61,619 bases of DNA from Nemertoderma westbladi (taxonomy: Eukaryota > Animalia > Xenacoelomorpha). Where the stretch lies: the NCBI GenBank assembly GCA_032718475.1, contig JAUCBJ010007048.1:1-61619 (forward strand). The letters are read 5' to 3'. Below are positions 44,012 to 58,523 of the stretch, in pieces. Numbering within the stretch: the stretch's first letter is position 1; each line of letters opens with the position of its first letter. Made by a program: the position numbers and the translations under genes. The notes under the pieces are model-generated. The model worked only from the letters and a program-made list of their open reading frames with translations, did no database searches and was not told the origin of the DNA.

Positions 44012-47000
44012 ATAAGATAAAGCGGTATGGTATGCCCTAGCCAACGGTGATATAGTATAGAATAAGTCATAATTAATAATGAGAGGGTCTAATTGGCTAA
44101 TATTATAATTACTGTAATCGCTCTCAGCCTTGTACACTGGGTACAAGGCTGAGATAACTCCCTCTTGAAATGACTCCCTAGTCACCTCAGCCTAGGCTGA
44201 GAACACTCCTCGGTCGTCTCAGCCTAGGCTGAGAACACTCCCCAGTAATATCAGCCTAGGCTGAGAACACTCCCCAGTAATCTCAGACTAGGCTGAGAAC
44301 ACTCCTCTCAGTCGTCTCAGCCTAGGCTGAGAACACTCACCAGGTATCTCAGCCTAGGCTGAGATGACTCCCCTTAGGCTGAGATGACTCCTCTAATTGA
44401 GTTATAATTCATATGTGTTATTAAATGTGCTTAAATGTGAATGCTGCATAAATGTGTATGCTGCCTAAATGTGTATGCTGCATGAATGTGTGTGCTGCCC
44501 AAATGTGTATGCCGCATAAATGTGCATGCTGCACAAATGTATATACTTCCTAAATGTGTATGTTGCATAAATATGTATGCTGCCTAAATGTGTATGCTGC
44601 ATGAATGTGTATGCTGCCTGAATGTGTATGCTGCCTAAATGTGTATACTGCCTAAATGTGTATGCTGCCTGAATGTATATGCTGCCTAAATGTGTATGCT
44701 GCATGAATGTGTATGCTGCCTGAATGTGTATGCAGAATAAATGTCCAAACTGCCTCAAATAGTTTGAACATTGCTTAATGTGCTAAGATCATCAACTCTT
44801 AATTATGGTAAAATTATGGGCATAGAAAATTATGTATTCACACTCTAAGCGGTAAGATGTCGTTTTCTTTAATTATACAGAATATGCGAAGAATTATTTT
44901 TTATATTACACGTTGATAAGAAATGATAATTCTGAATATAAAAAAATATTAAATTATTTGCAAAAAATATATATGCGCCAACTCGAATTATGAATAATGT
45001 AAAAATTATTCTAACTTACTCTTAATTTAGCAAAGAGTAAATTATTAAAGCTGATTACATAAAAAGAAAGTAAGACCATACTTTTAGGGATCATTTCTAT
45101 AGTATGGTTTGCTCATACCCATCTCCTCCATTGAGAGCGAGGCTAAACCCTTGAGGATGAGGTAGAGTGGCCCTTCCTGAGCGTGAGGAAAGTCTCTAGG
45201 TCGATCTCTTTGAGGTCTTCCTTGAGACTGTCGATGATCGCTCCTACTCCTTCGGGAGCGGGATGGACCGGCCACGTTCTGAGGGGGTTTGTTTAATAAT
45301 CAATTTTGTAACGTTGTATTCTCTATGATAAGATAAAGCGGTATGGTATGCCCTAGCCAACGGAATAAGAATAGAATAAGTCATAATTAATAATGAGAGG
45401 GTCTAATTGGCTAATATTATAATTAATGTAATCACTCTCAGCCTTGTACACTGGGTACAAGGCTGAGATAACTTCCTCTTGAAATGACTCCCCAGTCATC
45501 TCAGCCTAGGCTGAGAACACTCCTCAGTCGTCTCAGCCTAGGCTGATAACACTCCCCAGTTATCTCAGCCTAGGCTGAGAACACTCACCAGTTATCTCAG
45601 CCTAGGCTGAGATGACTCCTCTAAATGAGTTATAATTCATATAAATGAGTTATAATTCATATCCGTGCCTGTGTTATTTTCGAATATTGCAAAAATAAAA
45701 CTGTAACCTATGTTATTGAGATATCGTTTATTGTTTTGGTTAGAAAAGCCCGCCACTGTAACCTGCTCATTCCCGTTAATTAAGAAATCTAGGGAGAAAA
45801 CTAGGGAGTGTTCTCAGCATAGGCTGAGAAGACTGGGGAGTCATATTTGGCGGGGAGTTATCTCAGCCTGTTACACCGGCCTGCTTCAGACTTAATACAA
45901 AATGTCAGTTGTCTGCAACAGGGAAAAATACCACCAAAATGAATTACAGTACTGGTACCGGTATCTGATTCGAAAATCCCTCCACATACTGTGTTGTATT
46001 GTCTAAGTGTTCGCGGTTCGCGCTTTTACATGTGGCCTGCTATTACACGCTACCAAAGTGTACACGTTACCTGAGTGTATAAATCTGCTTAGTTGTTTAT
46101 GCTGTCAAAGTGTACACACTCCAATTTGGTATGCTGCCTAAGTATACACTATACATGTACAAGTTGCCTATGGCGATGCTGCCGAAATGTGCTTGATGCG
46201 TAAGATTGCTTGCTGCCTAAGTGTTCACTCTGCCTAAGTTAGCACGCTACCTAAGTGTAAACGTTGCCTAAGTGAACATGTTGCCTAAGTGTGCACTCTG
46301 CTTAATTGTGCACTCTGCCTAAGTGTGCACTCTGCCTAAGTGTGCACTCTGTCTAAGTGTGCACTCTGTCTAAATGTGCACTCTGCCTAAGTGTGCATGC
46401 TGCCTAATTGTCTATGCTTCCGAAGTATGTACGCGTCCTAAATGTGCATGCCGTGTAAGTGTACATGCTGACTAGAGACACATGCTGCCAAAATTTTTGA
46501 AGTACTCGCTACCTAAGTGTGTATGTTGCCTAAGTACACATTCGTCTATGTGGTCGTGCTGTGAACTGTACGATCTGCCTTAGAGTGTATGCTGATTAAT
46601 TTTATATGCTGCATAAATGTGTATGCTGCTTAAATGTGAATGCTGCATAAATATGTATGCTGCCTAAATGTGTATGCTGCATGAATGTGTATGCTGCCTG
46701 AATGTGTATGCTGCCTGAATGTGTATGCTGCCTAAATGTGTATGCTGCATGAATGTGTATGCTGCCTGAATGTGTATGCAGAATAAATGTCCAAACTGCC
46801 TCAAATAGATTGAACATTGCTTAATGTGCTAAGATCATCAACTCTTGAATTATGGTAAAATTATGGGCATAGAAAATTATGTATTCACACTCTAAGCGGT
46901 AAGATGTCGTGTTTCTTTAATTATACAGAATATGCGAAGAATTCTTTTTTATATTACACGTTGATAAGAAATGATAATTCTGAATATAAAAAAATATTAA

Positions 47001-47386
47001 ATTATTTGCAAAAAATATATATGCGCCAACTCGAATTGTGAATAATGTAAAAATTATTCTAACTTACTCTTAATTTAGCAAAGAGTAAATTATTAAAGCT
47101 GATTACATAAAAAGAAAGTAAGACCATACTTTTAGGGATCATTTCTATAGTATGGTTTGCTCATACCCATCTCCTCCATTGAGAGCGAGGCTAAACCCTT
47201 GAGGATGAGGTAGAGTGGCCCTTCCTGAGCGTGAGGAAAGTCTCTAGGTCGATCTCTTTGAGGTCTTCTTTGAGACTGTCGATGATCGCTCCTACTCCTT
47301 CGGGAGCGGGATGGACCGGCCACGTTCTGAGGGGGTTTATTTAATAATCAATTTTGTAACGTTGTATTCTCTATGATAAGATAAAG

Positions 47387-47892
47387 ATATTTCAACGACC
47401 ATTTATTATATTTAATTAATAATACATAATTTAAGGTACGTAATACGAACACGTAACAATACAATACAATGCTTCACAGTACAATACCAGATAATACAAT
47501 ACTTTACTATACAATACGATACATTGCAATACGATACAGTAAAATACAGGCAATACAATACAATAAATAAGTTACTATTCTATACAGTACAAATCGGTTT
47601 GAGACAATACACTACGATAGGCTAAAATCAAGGTTGTAAGGTCTGTATTGTCTGTGAGGCCTCTAAAGCACCCCATCTACTGAGGGGGGGAAGGTTGGGG
47701 ATCTGCGCAGCCACATGGAGGAGTTCCCACGCCACAGGATAACGGATAGCCTCTGGAAAAGGTGTCGGATTGAGTCACCAGTGGGTGTACCACGTCTCAG
47801 GCCCTGGAGTCTGGCAATTTCCCGAATGGTAGAGGAAGAGTGGGGATCCCAACCGCCTAGTGCCTCAACGACCAAGGGTGTAAAACATCAAA
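47387..47892 (-). mobile_element. Second copy of the same CRE-like insertion, duplicated with the array
   Basis: Same sequence, truncation point and TSD at +3881 bp. Confidence 0.88.
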
Positions 47893-50800
47893 ATAAGATA
47901 AAGCGGTATGGTATGCCCTAGCCAACGGTGATATAGTATAGAATAAGTCATAATTAATAATGAGAGGGTCTAATTGGCTAATATTATAATTACTGTAATC
48001 GCTCTCAGCCTTGTACACTGGGTACAAGGCTGAGATAACTCCCTCTTGAAATGACTCCCTAGTCACCTCAGCCTAGGCTGAGAACACTCCTCGGTCGTCT
48101 CAGCCTAGGCTGAGAACACTCCCCAGTAATATCAGCCTAGGCTGAGAACACTCCCCAGTAATCTCAGCCTAGGCTGAGAACACTCCTCTCAGTCGTCTCA
48201 GCCTAGGCTGAGAACACTCACCAGGTATCTCAGCCTAGGCTGAGATGACTCCCCTTAGGCTGAGATGACTCCTCTAATTGAGTTATAATTCATATGTGTT
48301 ATTAAATGTGCTTAAATGTGAATGCTGCATAAATGTGTATGCTGCCTAAATGTGTATGCTGCATGAATGTGTGTGCTGCCCAAATGTGTATGCCGCATAA
48401 ATGTGCATGCTGCACAAATGTATATACTTCCTAAATGTGTATGTTGCATAAATATGTATGCTGCCTAAATGTGTATGCTGCATGAATGTGTATGCTGCCT
48501 GAATGTGTATGCTGCCTAAATGTGTATACTGCCTAAATGTGTATGCTGCCTGAATGTATATGCTGCCTAAATGTGTATGCTGCATGAATGTGTATGCTGC
48601 CTGAATGTGTATGCAGAATAAATGTCCAAACTGCCTCAAATAGTTTGAACATTGCTTAATGTGCTAAGATCATCAACTCTTAATTATGGTAAAATTATGG
48701 GCATAGAAAATTATGTATTCACACTCTAAGCGGTAAGATGTCGTTTTCTTTAATTATACAGAATATGCGAAGAATTCTTTTTTATATTACACGTTGATAA
48801 GAAATGATAATTCTGAATATAAAAAAATATTAAATTATTTGCAAAAAATATATATGCGCCAACTCGAATTATGAATAATGTAAAAATTATTCTAACTTAC
48901 TCTTAATTTAGCAAAGAGTAAATTATTAAAGCTGATTACATAAAAAGAAAGTAAGACCATACTTTTAGGGATCATTTCTATAGTATGGTTTGCTCATACC
49001 CATCTCCTCCATTGAGAGCGAGGCTAAACCCTTGAGGATGAGGTAGAGTGGCCCTTCCTGAGCGTGAGGAAAGTCTCTAGGTCGATCTCTTTGAGGTCTT
49101 CCTTGAGACTGTCGATGATCGCTCCTACTCCTTCGGGAGCGGGATGGACCGGCCACGTTCTGAGGGGGTTTGTTTAATAATCAATTTTGTAACGTTGTAT
49201 TCTCTATGATAAGATAAAGCGGTATGGTATGCCCTAGCCAACGGAATAAGAATAGAATAAGTCATAATTAATAATGAGAGGGTCTAATTGGCTAATATTA
49301 TAATTAATGTAATCACTCTCAGCCTTGTACACTGGGTACAAGGCTGAGATAACTTCCTCTTGAAATGACTCCCCAGTCATCTCAGCCTAGGCTGAGAACA
49401 CTCCTCAGTCGTCTCAGCCTAGGCTGATAACACTCCCCAGTTATCTCAGCCTAGGCTGAGAACACTCACCAGTTATCTCAGCCTAGGCTGAGATGACTCC
49501 TCTAAATGAGTTATAATTCATATAAATGAGTTATAATTCATATCCGTGCCTGTGTTATTTTCGAATATTGCAAAAATAAAACTGTAACCTATGTTATTGA
49601 GATATCGTTTATTGTTTTGGTTAGAAAAGCCCGCCACTGTAACCTGCTCATTCCCGTTAATTAAGAAATCTAGGGAGAAAACTAGGGAGTGTTCTCAGCA
49701 TAGGCTGAGAAGACTGGGGAGTCATATTTGGCGGGGAGTTATCTCAGCCTGTTACACCGGCCTGCTTCAGACTTAATACAAAATGTCAGTTGTCTGCAAC
49801 AGGGAAAAATACCACCAAAATGAATTACAGTACTGGTACCGGTATCTGATTCGAAAATCCCTCCACATACTGTGTTGTATTGTCTAAGTGTTCGCGGTTC
49901 GCGCTTTTACATGTGGCCTGCTATTACACGCTACCAAAGTGTACACGTTACCTGAGTGTATAAATCTGCTTAGTTGTTTATGCTGTCAAAGTGTACACAC
50001 TCCAATTTGGTATGCTGCCTAAGTATACACTATACATGTACAAGTTGCCTATGGCGATGCTGCCGAAATGTGCTTGATGCGTAAGATTGCTTGCTGCCTA
50101 AGTGTTCACTCTGCCTAAGTTAGCACGCTACCTAAGTGTAAACGTTGCCTAAGTGAACATGTTGCCTAAGTGTGCACTCTGCTTAATTGTGCACTCTGCC
50201 TAAGTGTGCACTCTGCCTAAGTGTGCACTCTGTCTAAGTGTGCACTCTGTCTAAATGTGCACTCTGCCTAAGTGTGCATGCTGCCTAATTGTCTATGCTT
50301 CCGAAGTATGTACGCGTCCTAAATGTGCATGCCGTGTAAGTGTACATGCTGACTAGAGACACATGCTGCCAAAATTTTTGAAGTACTCGCTACCTAAGTG
50401 TGTATGTTGCCTAAGTACACATTCGTCTATGTGGTCGTGCTGTGAACTGTACGATCTGCCTTAGAGTGTATGCTGATTAATTTTATATGCTGCATAAATG
50501 TGTATGCTGCTTAAATGTGAATGCTGCATAAATATGTATGCTGCCTAAATGTGTATGCTGCATGAATGTGTATGCTGCCTGAATGTGTATGCTGCCTAAA
50601 TGTGTATGCTGCATGAATGTGTATGCTACCTAATTGTGTATGCTGCATGAATGTGTATGCTGCCTGAATGTGTATGCAGAATAATTGTTCAAACTGCCTC
50701 AAATAGATTGAACATTGCTTAATGTGCTAAGATCATCAACTCTGAATTATGGTAAAATTATGGGCATAGAAAATTATGTATTCACACTCTAAGCGTTAAG

Positions 50801-53800
50801 ATGTCGGTTTCTTTAATTATACAGAATATGCGAAGAATTCTTTTTTATATTACACGTTGATAAGAAATGATAATTCTGAATATAAAAAAATATTAAATTA
50901 TTTGCAAAAAATATATATGCGCCAACTCGAATTATGAATAATGTAAAAATTATTCTAACTTACTCTTAATTTAGCAAAGAGTAAATTATTAAACCTGATT
51001 ACATAAAAAGAAAGTAAGACCATACTTTTAGGGATCATTTCTATAGTATGGTTTGCTCATACCCATCTCCTCCATTGAGAGCGAGGCTAAACCCTTGAGG
51101 ATGAGGTAGAGTGGCCCTTCCTGAGCGTGAGGAAAGTCTCTAGGTCGATCTCTTTGAGGTCTTCTTTGAGACTGTCGATGATCGCTCCTACTCCTTCGGG
51201 AGCGGGATGGACCGGCCACGTTCTGAGGGGGTTTGTTTAATAATCAATTTTGTAACGTTGTATTCTCTATGATAAGATAAAGCGGTATGGTATGCCCTAG
51301 CCAACGGAATAAGAATAGAATAAGTCATAATTAATAATGAGAGGGTCTAATTGGCTAATATTATAATTAATGTAATCACTCTCAGCCTTGTACACTGGGT
51401 ACAAGGCTGAGATAACTTCCTCTTGAAATGACTCCCCAGTCATCTCAGCCTAGGCTGAGAACACTCCTCAGTCGTCTCAGCCTAGGCTGATAACACTCCC
51501 CAGTTATCTCAGCCTAGGCTGAGAACACTCACCAGTTATCTCAGCCTAGGCTGAGATGACTCCTCTAAATGAGTTATAATTCATATAAATGAGTTATAAT
51601 TCATATCCGTGCCTGTGTTATTTTCGAATATTGCAAAAATAAAACTGTAACCTATGTTATTGAGATATCGTTTATTGTTTTGGTTAGAAAAGCCCGCCAC
51701 TGTAACCTGCTCATTCCCGTTAATTAAGAAATCTAGGGAGAAAACTAGGGAGTGTTCTCAGCATAGGCTGAGAAGACTGGGGAGTCATATTTGGCGGGGA
51801 GTTATCTCAGCCTGTTACACCGGCCTGCTTCAGACTTAATACAAAATGTCAGTTGTCTGCAACAGGGAAAAATACCACCAAAATGAATTACAGTACTGGT
51901 ACCGGTATCTGATTCGAAAATCCCTCCACATACTGTGTTGTATTGTCTAAGTGTTCGCGGTTCGCGCTTTTACATGTGGCCTGCTATTACACGCTACCAA
52001 AGTGTACACGTTACCTGAGTGTATAAATCTGCTTAGTTGTTTATGCTGTCAAAGTGTACACACTCCAATTTGGTATGCTGCCTAAGTATACACTATACAT
52101 GTACAAGTTGCCTATGGCGATGCTGCCGAAATGTGCTTGATGCGTAAGATTGCTTGCTGCCTAAGTGTTCACTCTGCCTAAGTTAGCACGCTACCTAAGT
52201 GTAAACGTTGCCTAAGTGAACATGTTGCCTAAGTGTGCACTCTGCTTAATTGTGCACTCTGCCTAAGTGTGCACTCTGCCTAAGTGTGCACTCTGTCTAA
52301 GTGTGCACTCTGTCTAAATGTGCACTCTGCCTAAGTGTGCATGCTGCCTAATTGTCTATGCTTCCGAAGTATGTACGCGTCCTAAATGTGCATGCCGTGT
52401 AAGTGTACATGCTGACTAGAGACACATGCTGCCAAAATTTTTGAAGTACTCGCTACCTAAGTGTGTATGTTGCCTAAGTACACATTCGTCTATGTGGTCG
52501 TGCTGTGAACTGTACGATCTGCCTTAGAGTGTATGCTGATTAATTTTATATGCTGCATAAATGTGTATGCTGCTTAAATGTGAATGCTGCATAAATATGT
52601 ATGCTGCCTAAATGTGTATGCTGCATGAATGTGTATGCTGCCTGAATGTGTATGCTGCCTAAATGTGTATGCTGCATGAATGTGTATGCTACCTAATTGT
52701 GTATGCTGCATGAATGTGTATGCTGCCTGAATGTGTATGCAGAATAATTGTTCAAACTGCCTCAAATAGATTGAACATTGCTTAATGTGCTAAGATCATC
52801 AACTCTGAATTATGGTAAAATTATGGGCATAGAAAATTATGTATTCACACTCTAAGCGTTAAGATGTCGGTTTCTTTAATTATACAGAATATGCGAAGAA
52901 TTCTTTTTTATATTACACGTTGATAAGAAATGATAATTCTGAATATAAAAAAATATTAAATTATTTGCAAAACATTTAAATGCTCTCACTTGAATTGTGA
53001 ATAATCTAAGAATTATTCTAACTTACTCTTAACTTAGCAAAGAGTAAATTATTAAACCTGATTACATAAAAAGAAAGTAAGACCATACTTTTAGGGATCA
53101 TTTCTATAGTATGGTTTGCTCATACCCATCTCCTCCATTGAGAGCGAGGCTAAACCCTTGAGGATGAGGTAGAATGGCTCTTCCTGAGCGTGAGGAAAGT
53201 CTCTAGGTCGATCTCTTTGAGGTCTTCTTTGAGACTGTCGATGATCGCTCCTACTCCTTCGGGAGTGGGATGGACCGGCTACGTTCTGAAGGGGTTTATT
53301 TTATGTGAACAAAGAAAGCTTTTACGAATTTTTAATTAATAAAATCTATAAAAAATTATTTGTTAAGTCGAGTAGATTAGCATTAATAGGAAAGATAACA
53401 AGTTAATCCACGATAAAATTTTATTATTAATAATATGTTTTTGGTATCCTGCCAATTACCTGTAATTGTAGGTAGGACATCCTTACACATATTGAGTTCA
53501 TGCACAGTTTAGGTTTAAAATACTGTATATTGGCTTCCACACGCTCACTGGTATATTTTTTCTGGAAGTTTGATGAATTTCCATTAGATTTTCTCTTCAA
53601 CCATCTTCGAGGCCGTTCATCACGCAGATGATTGGCAGAAGGCAGGCGGGGTGTATAACATAATTTTAATGGTAGTCAATGTAACAATTTTACGAAATCT
53701 AATTAGGAAGCAAGTTTTCAACTCTGAAACTGATATTAATATGTTTAAATTCTAATTAATTTAACAATAATCACTTTAATAAAACCAGTTGCCATCTCGC

Positions 53801-54816
53801 AGCAGTTTATTGGCCTAATCGTATTTTTTGAGCAAGTGCTAATCATATGTGAAGGGGTCATAAGAGAAATTAAACTATTTTATTGTTTCTTCACCTACGT
53901 TGTGTCGTAAGAATAAAACCATTAATTTCTTATTTAAAAATTGTTAAAAATATATAAATATGTATTATTTTAATTACTAATTATGTATTATTTTATTAGA
54001 ATATATTGTAGGCCTATTTTATTATATTAGATTATATTGAATAATAAATAATTTTATTAGTTTTCATAAAATTAATTTATGTTCTGGCTTTCTGTACAGC
54101 ACTTCACTTACACCACAGCGCGTGCTGTCAGTATACCACAACCCTCCTGTACAACAAAATAAGCACATAATAATATGATGTACTGAAGTTGGCGACCAAC
54201 TTCCACCCTACGGTACAATACATTTGAATGAACTCACTTTATACTTGGGCTGATTCATTCCGTAGAAATGCTTGTTGAGGCGAGCAGTATGCGTTTCGGG
54301 TGATGCGTAAATTATTAACATTGTCGCCTTTTCTTTAGTAAATCTCAGTCTACGGGAATCCATAGTCGAGTATGGGAGGCAATAAGAGAGGGAATGCAAT
54401 CCAACATAATCAGTTATTGTAGTACCGGAAGGAACAGCCATAGAGGAGTTAATATTATTAGTGAAGATGTATTAGATTAAATAAAAGGATCAATTCGGAA
54501 ACGGATAAGAACCATTCCCAAATCAAGGAGGCAGTTCGCCAAATACAGCAGCTCAATAGTGCCTGTGTGGAGCGCACGCATCACCACAGGTGGAAGAATC
54601 TGTCAACAGTTCCTATATATCAAGCCATAACCTCTATTCGGAAGTGGATAAATATGGAAGGATGACGTGTGAGGCATGAACAATGAACAAGCTAGCTCCC
54701 AATGTTATTTTTATAAAGAAAAACATTATACTATATTAACTTTATTATACATTAGATTAAATCTTTGTACGACATATATATTGATTAAAACATTAATCGG
54801 AGTAATTAATTTTTAG

Positions 54817-54945
54817 GTTCGAAATTGAAACAGGAACTTTTAGTTTGCGAGGACGGCTCGGAGATTGTGATATCTGTTGACCAAGTTTGTGACGGACATA
54901 TAGATTGTCCTTTATCTGGGGAGGATGAGAACTCTTGCGTTACCG
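54817..54945 (+). CDS. Exon 3: four-Cys LDLa-like module
   Basis: TTTTTAG| acceptor and |GTAAGG donor; 129 bp, phase 1-1; VCEDGSEIVISVDQVCDGHIDCPLSGEDENSC. Confidence 0.88.
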
Positions 54946-55445
54946 GTAAGGGTCAAGTGTACTTGTACAGTAGGAATATAAATTATTTAAAAAGTTATCT
55001 GTGTGGCAAGTAAACATTTTATTTATAGTTTGATAACTGGATAACAATATTATGATATTGGTTTGCATTATTCTCCGGGCTTTCCAATAAATACTATCTA
55101 AATAAATTTGGGTTGAACTAATAATGAAACAATTAATAATAAACTTGTTATTCCAAAAACAGTGGGGAGGGTCACTAGTTCAACCCTCAGTGAAACCTTC
55201 CATATTTTAACCTTCTGAACCAAAGCGTTATAATATTACTAATTGAAAGACGAATTTATTTTGATACCGGTATTTATTTTGGCTTTCACGTACTGTATAA
55301 TTACCAGATAATCTTAATTTGGTTAAAAGGAAAATTGTGATGCCGTTATGTTGCTAGTGATTTAACTTAGGCCTACATCTTCAACAATGCGATTTAGTTT
55401 CTGCCCCAGTCGTGCTGTTCTACATTCGTATACATTCGTTCTTAG

Positions 55446-55609
55446 AGAATAGGATAATGTGTGACGATGGTACCAACGCTATCCTAAATGCGGACCAAAT
55501 CTGTGACTTCGTTGTTGATTGCTACATTAGTGCCGAAGATGAAGACCCTGTTCTTTGTGGATATCTCGAATATCAGATGTTACTTTCGCAGTCCGGGATA
55601 AGACAGTAA
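55446..55609 (+). CDS. Exon 4 (terminal): four-Cys LDLa-like module
   Basis: TTCTTAG| phase-1 acceptor; MCDDGTNAILNADQICDFVVDCYISAEDEDPVLC...GIRQ*; AATAAA overlaps the stop. Confidence 0.85.
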
Positions 55610-58523
55610 TAAACGCTATGGATTGGATGGAGACCTTCATTCTAATCACTGAATTGGAGATATAATACAGTTAATTATTATGTACATACCACGATTATCC
55701 TCATATGTACAAACAAGGTTTAGACCTCATCTTTATTTTGTTTTGTTTGTTTAAAGGTCTTTCTTGGTCTCTATTAACCCAACAGCAATTGAATTGTATA
55801 AAGTACTGTAGGCCTAACACTATATACCTAATGTAAGTATAGCATGGATTGGATATATTCTTATTATATACGGAATAATATTGTAATGTGAATAAAAATA
55901 ATCTGATGTCCTCAGGTGTAAGAGCCCCGGATCAGAGGTGGTCCACTTACTGCACGAAAAAAATCCAAACTTTAAAGGGGGGCTTTACCTTTTTGGAGAC
56001 ATCCACTTTTTATAGGATTAAAAGAGTTTTGTTTATATATGCATGCATTGAAATTATCCATATTATACATGTATTAGTAAGTTCTTATAATTTTTTTCCT
56101 GACAAAAATTTAAATTCCCCGCAAATTTTATTCAGATTTTTCTGAAAAAAGGTTGCATATTTCTAAATCTATATAGGCCTACTGTGTAATTTTTCATTCA
56201 AATCGTTTGAAATTTTCAGTGAAAGATCTTGACATATTGACCCATAAAACTTGTAAACATAATTTTTCACATTTTGATCAGAAATGTAATGTTAACTAAA
56301 AAATAAAATATATTTAAAATTATGTCTAAAAGATTTATTGGTTAATATGTCAGGACCATTCACTGAAAATTTCAAAGGAATTGATTAATAATTGACTGAG
56401 TAGTTAGATTTTGAGTGAAGCAAAAAAACGAGAAATATTATTCGGTGTAAAATGCGTGTAAAGTTTGAACCTTCCCGCGCAAATTGGTCAGTCTATATGT
56501 GACTGCCTATATTAATTAATTAAAATACGTAGTTAGGCCTATTTATGAATGTTTTTAAGGAAACAGAGAGCTGGAATTTTCACTACGGGGGATTTCGTAG
56601 TCGTTTTATTCAATTCTGATATCCGTTTTCAAGTTTGGCCAAATCAAGTCTGGCTGTCTCTCGGAATGACTGTCTGTCTGTTGGTTTGTCCGTCAAAATA
56701 TAATAAAACACACGAAATAGCTAAAAGATTCGCTATGGGGGTTTATTTACGATTAAAATTTTCATTATGGGGGTTTTCGGGGTCGCCGATTTTATTTCCG
56801 ATGTTAGTTTTGAAGTTCAGCTAAATCTAGTTTGTCTGTTTGTCGGGAAAATAATGTTATTATTATTGTAATGGAAACATGCCAGAGTAAAATCGCAATA
56901 TCTCCAAAACTAAACATGTTGAGTAGTTAATTTATATAATCAACGCACATTTACTCCGAATCATGACCTACTACTGATTGCGAAAATTCACGAAATTAAA
57001 AAACAATATACATTTTCGTAGTTTGATAGCTCTTTTATGGGGTGACATTGGTTATTACTATCCAGTGATTTTTCACCACAAAACACCACTTTTCAAAATT
57101 TGAAATTTTTGAATATGTTTTTGGCTTTTGCCAAAATTTTGACTATTTGCAATATTTTCATGGATTAAATAGAAAAAAAAATAGAAAAAATTACCTCAGG
57201 GAACGGCAGAGTACAAAAATGCACAGCACATAATATTTGTGTAAACAACAAACAACAGTAATTATGGCTGTTATTCATGACTCTTTAAATACAACCATTT
57301 TCTCAGTTTATCGATTTTGAGATTTTTCATCACTAAATTCCCTAAATACATTTATATTTTTCACTCAATTGTCATCAAACATATACCAACATATTTAAGC
57401 TATAAACATCTTTAGCTACAATCTTGAATATTGGTTTTGGAGATCGTACAGTCAGTCTAGTGTAAACGTAGGCACGTAAACGTAAACACGAAATAATGTA
57501 GGTCTGTCCCCAACCAATATATAATAATGCCAACAATAAGTGGCTACTTATTCGGATTCTATCGATATGGTATTGCAAATCTGGTAGCCAATTTTTGTTA
57601 CAGTGATACATTAATAAAATCATATTATGATAAATATAAAAAATAAAAAAATCGGACGTCCGAATTTAGCCAACATCCCCCCCCCCCATCCCCGCTGTCC
57701 GAAGATGTCCGGATTTCGAAGACCCCCCCCCCCCCCCCCCCCCACTTCGGAAGTCCTTTATGGATGCCCCCCAGATATTTAGGTCCATTGTGCCAAACTA
57801 TTGGAACGAGAACTTCCACTCAGGTGGTATGACTGATCCTTAAACATGATATATTTCACATAAAAGCCTGAAGATGCATAAAATTAAAAAAAACAGACCT
57901 GCACAAAAAGTGCCATATTTTTCGAATAAAATGATTTACGAAGAGCAATCCATATTCTGTATTCATAGTAAAAGGTTAAAATTTCTGAATAATAACTAAT
58001 AGGCCTATAAATAAAAAAATACGTTTTGGGTAATAGTAATAACACACAAAACTTGTTCACATAAATATCATGTATAAAATCATTATAGTAATTTTATCCT
58101 GCTTGCTAGAAGCAGTAGCCCATGCCTTGCGAAGTCTCTGCAGAGATATTGAAGGCAAGGACAATGACCAGACCACGTTATTCACAAACTAGATTTTGCT
58201 AATGCTTTTAACATAATATTTTTTTTAATGTTGGCAATGTTCTTATAATCAATTAATTAACAATTAGGACTTGAACTTTGATATTTTTAATGCGAATTGA
58301 ATTGTAAAATGTTGCCACATCTGGCGCACTCAGCAGCTATTTCCTATTTGAACAAAGTGACTACCAATATCAAATCCGATTAGCTAATTATTTCCACAGC
58401 ATACAAATAATACACAATAAATATGAACTAATTAACCAACGCAATAGCCTTTAATATATACAATCAGTTTGAGTCTTTGAGAGACTAAAATGTATCTAAA
58501 CCCGAGTGTCCCCGAACTCCGAG

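Larger units (their letters stand above)
42810..53300. repeat. Higher-order tandem array of composite units (A 1833 bp; B 2048-2063 bp; order A-B-A-B-B)
   Basis: The conserved block starts at 43251, 45084, 47132, 48965, 51028 and 53091; the A+B dimer period is 3881 bp. Confidence 0.95.

Noticed and set aside
35585-52765. Repeated His/Thr-rich ORFs (AAYTFMQHTHLGSIHI)
   Set aside because: Translations of 17-bp minisatellites whose unit is not a multiple of three.
57640-57772. Poly-C-rich segment resembling a MITE end
   Set aside because: No partner terminus or TSD found in the window.
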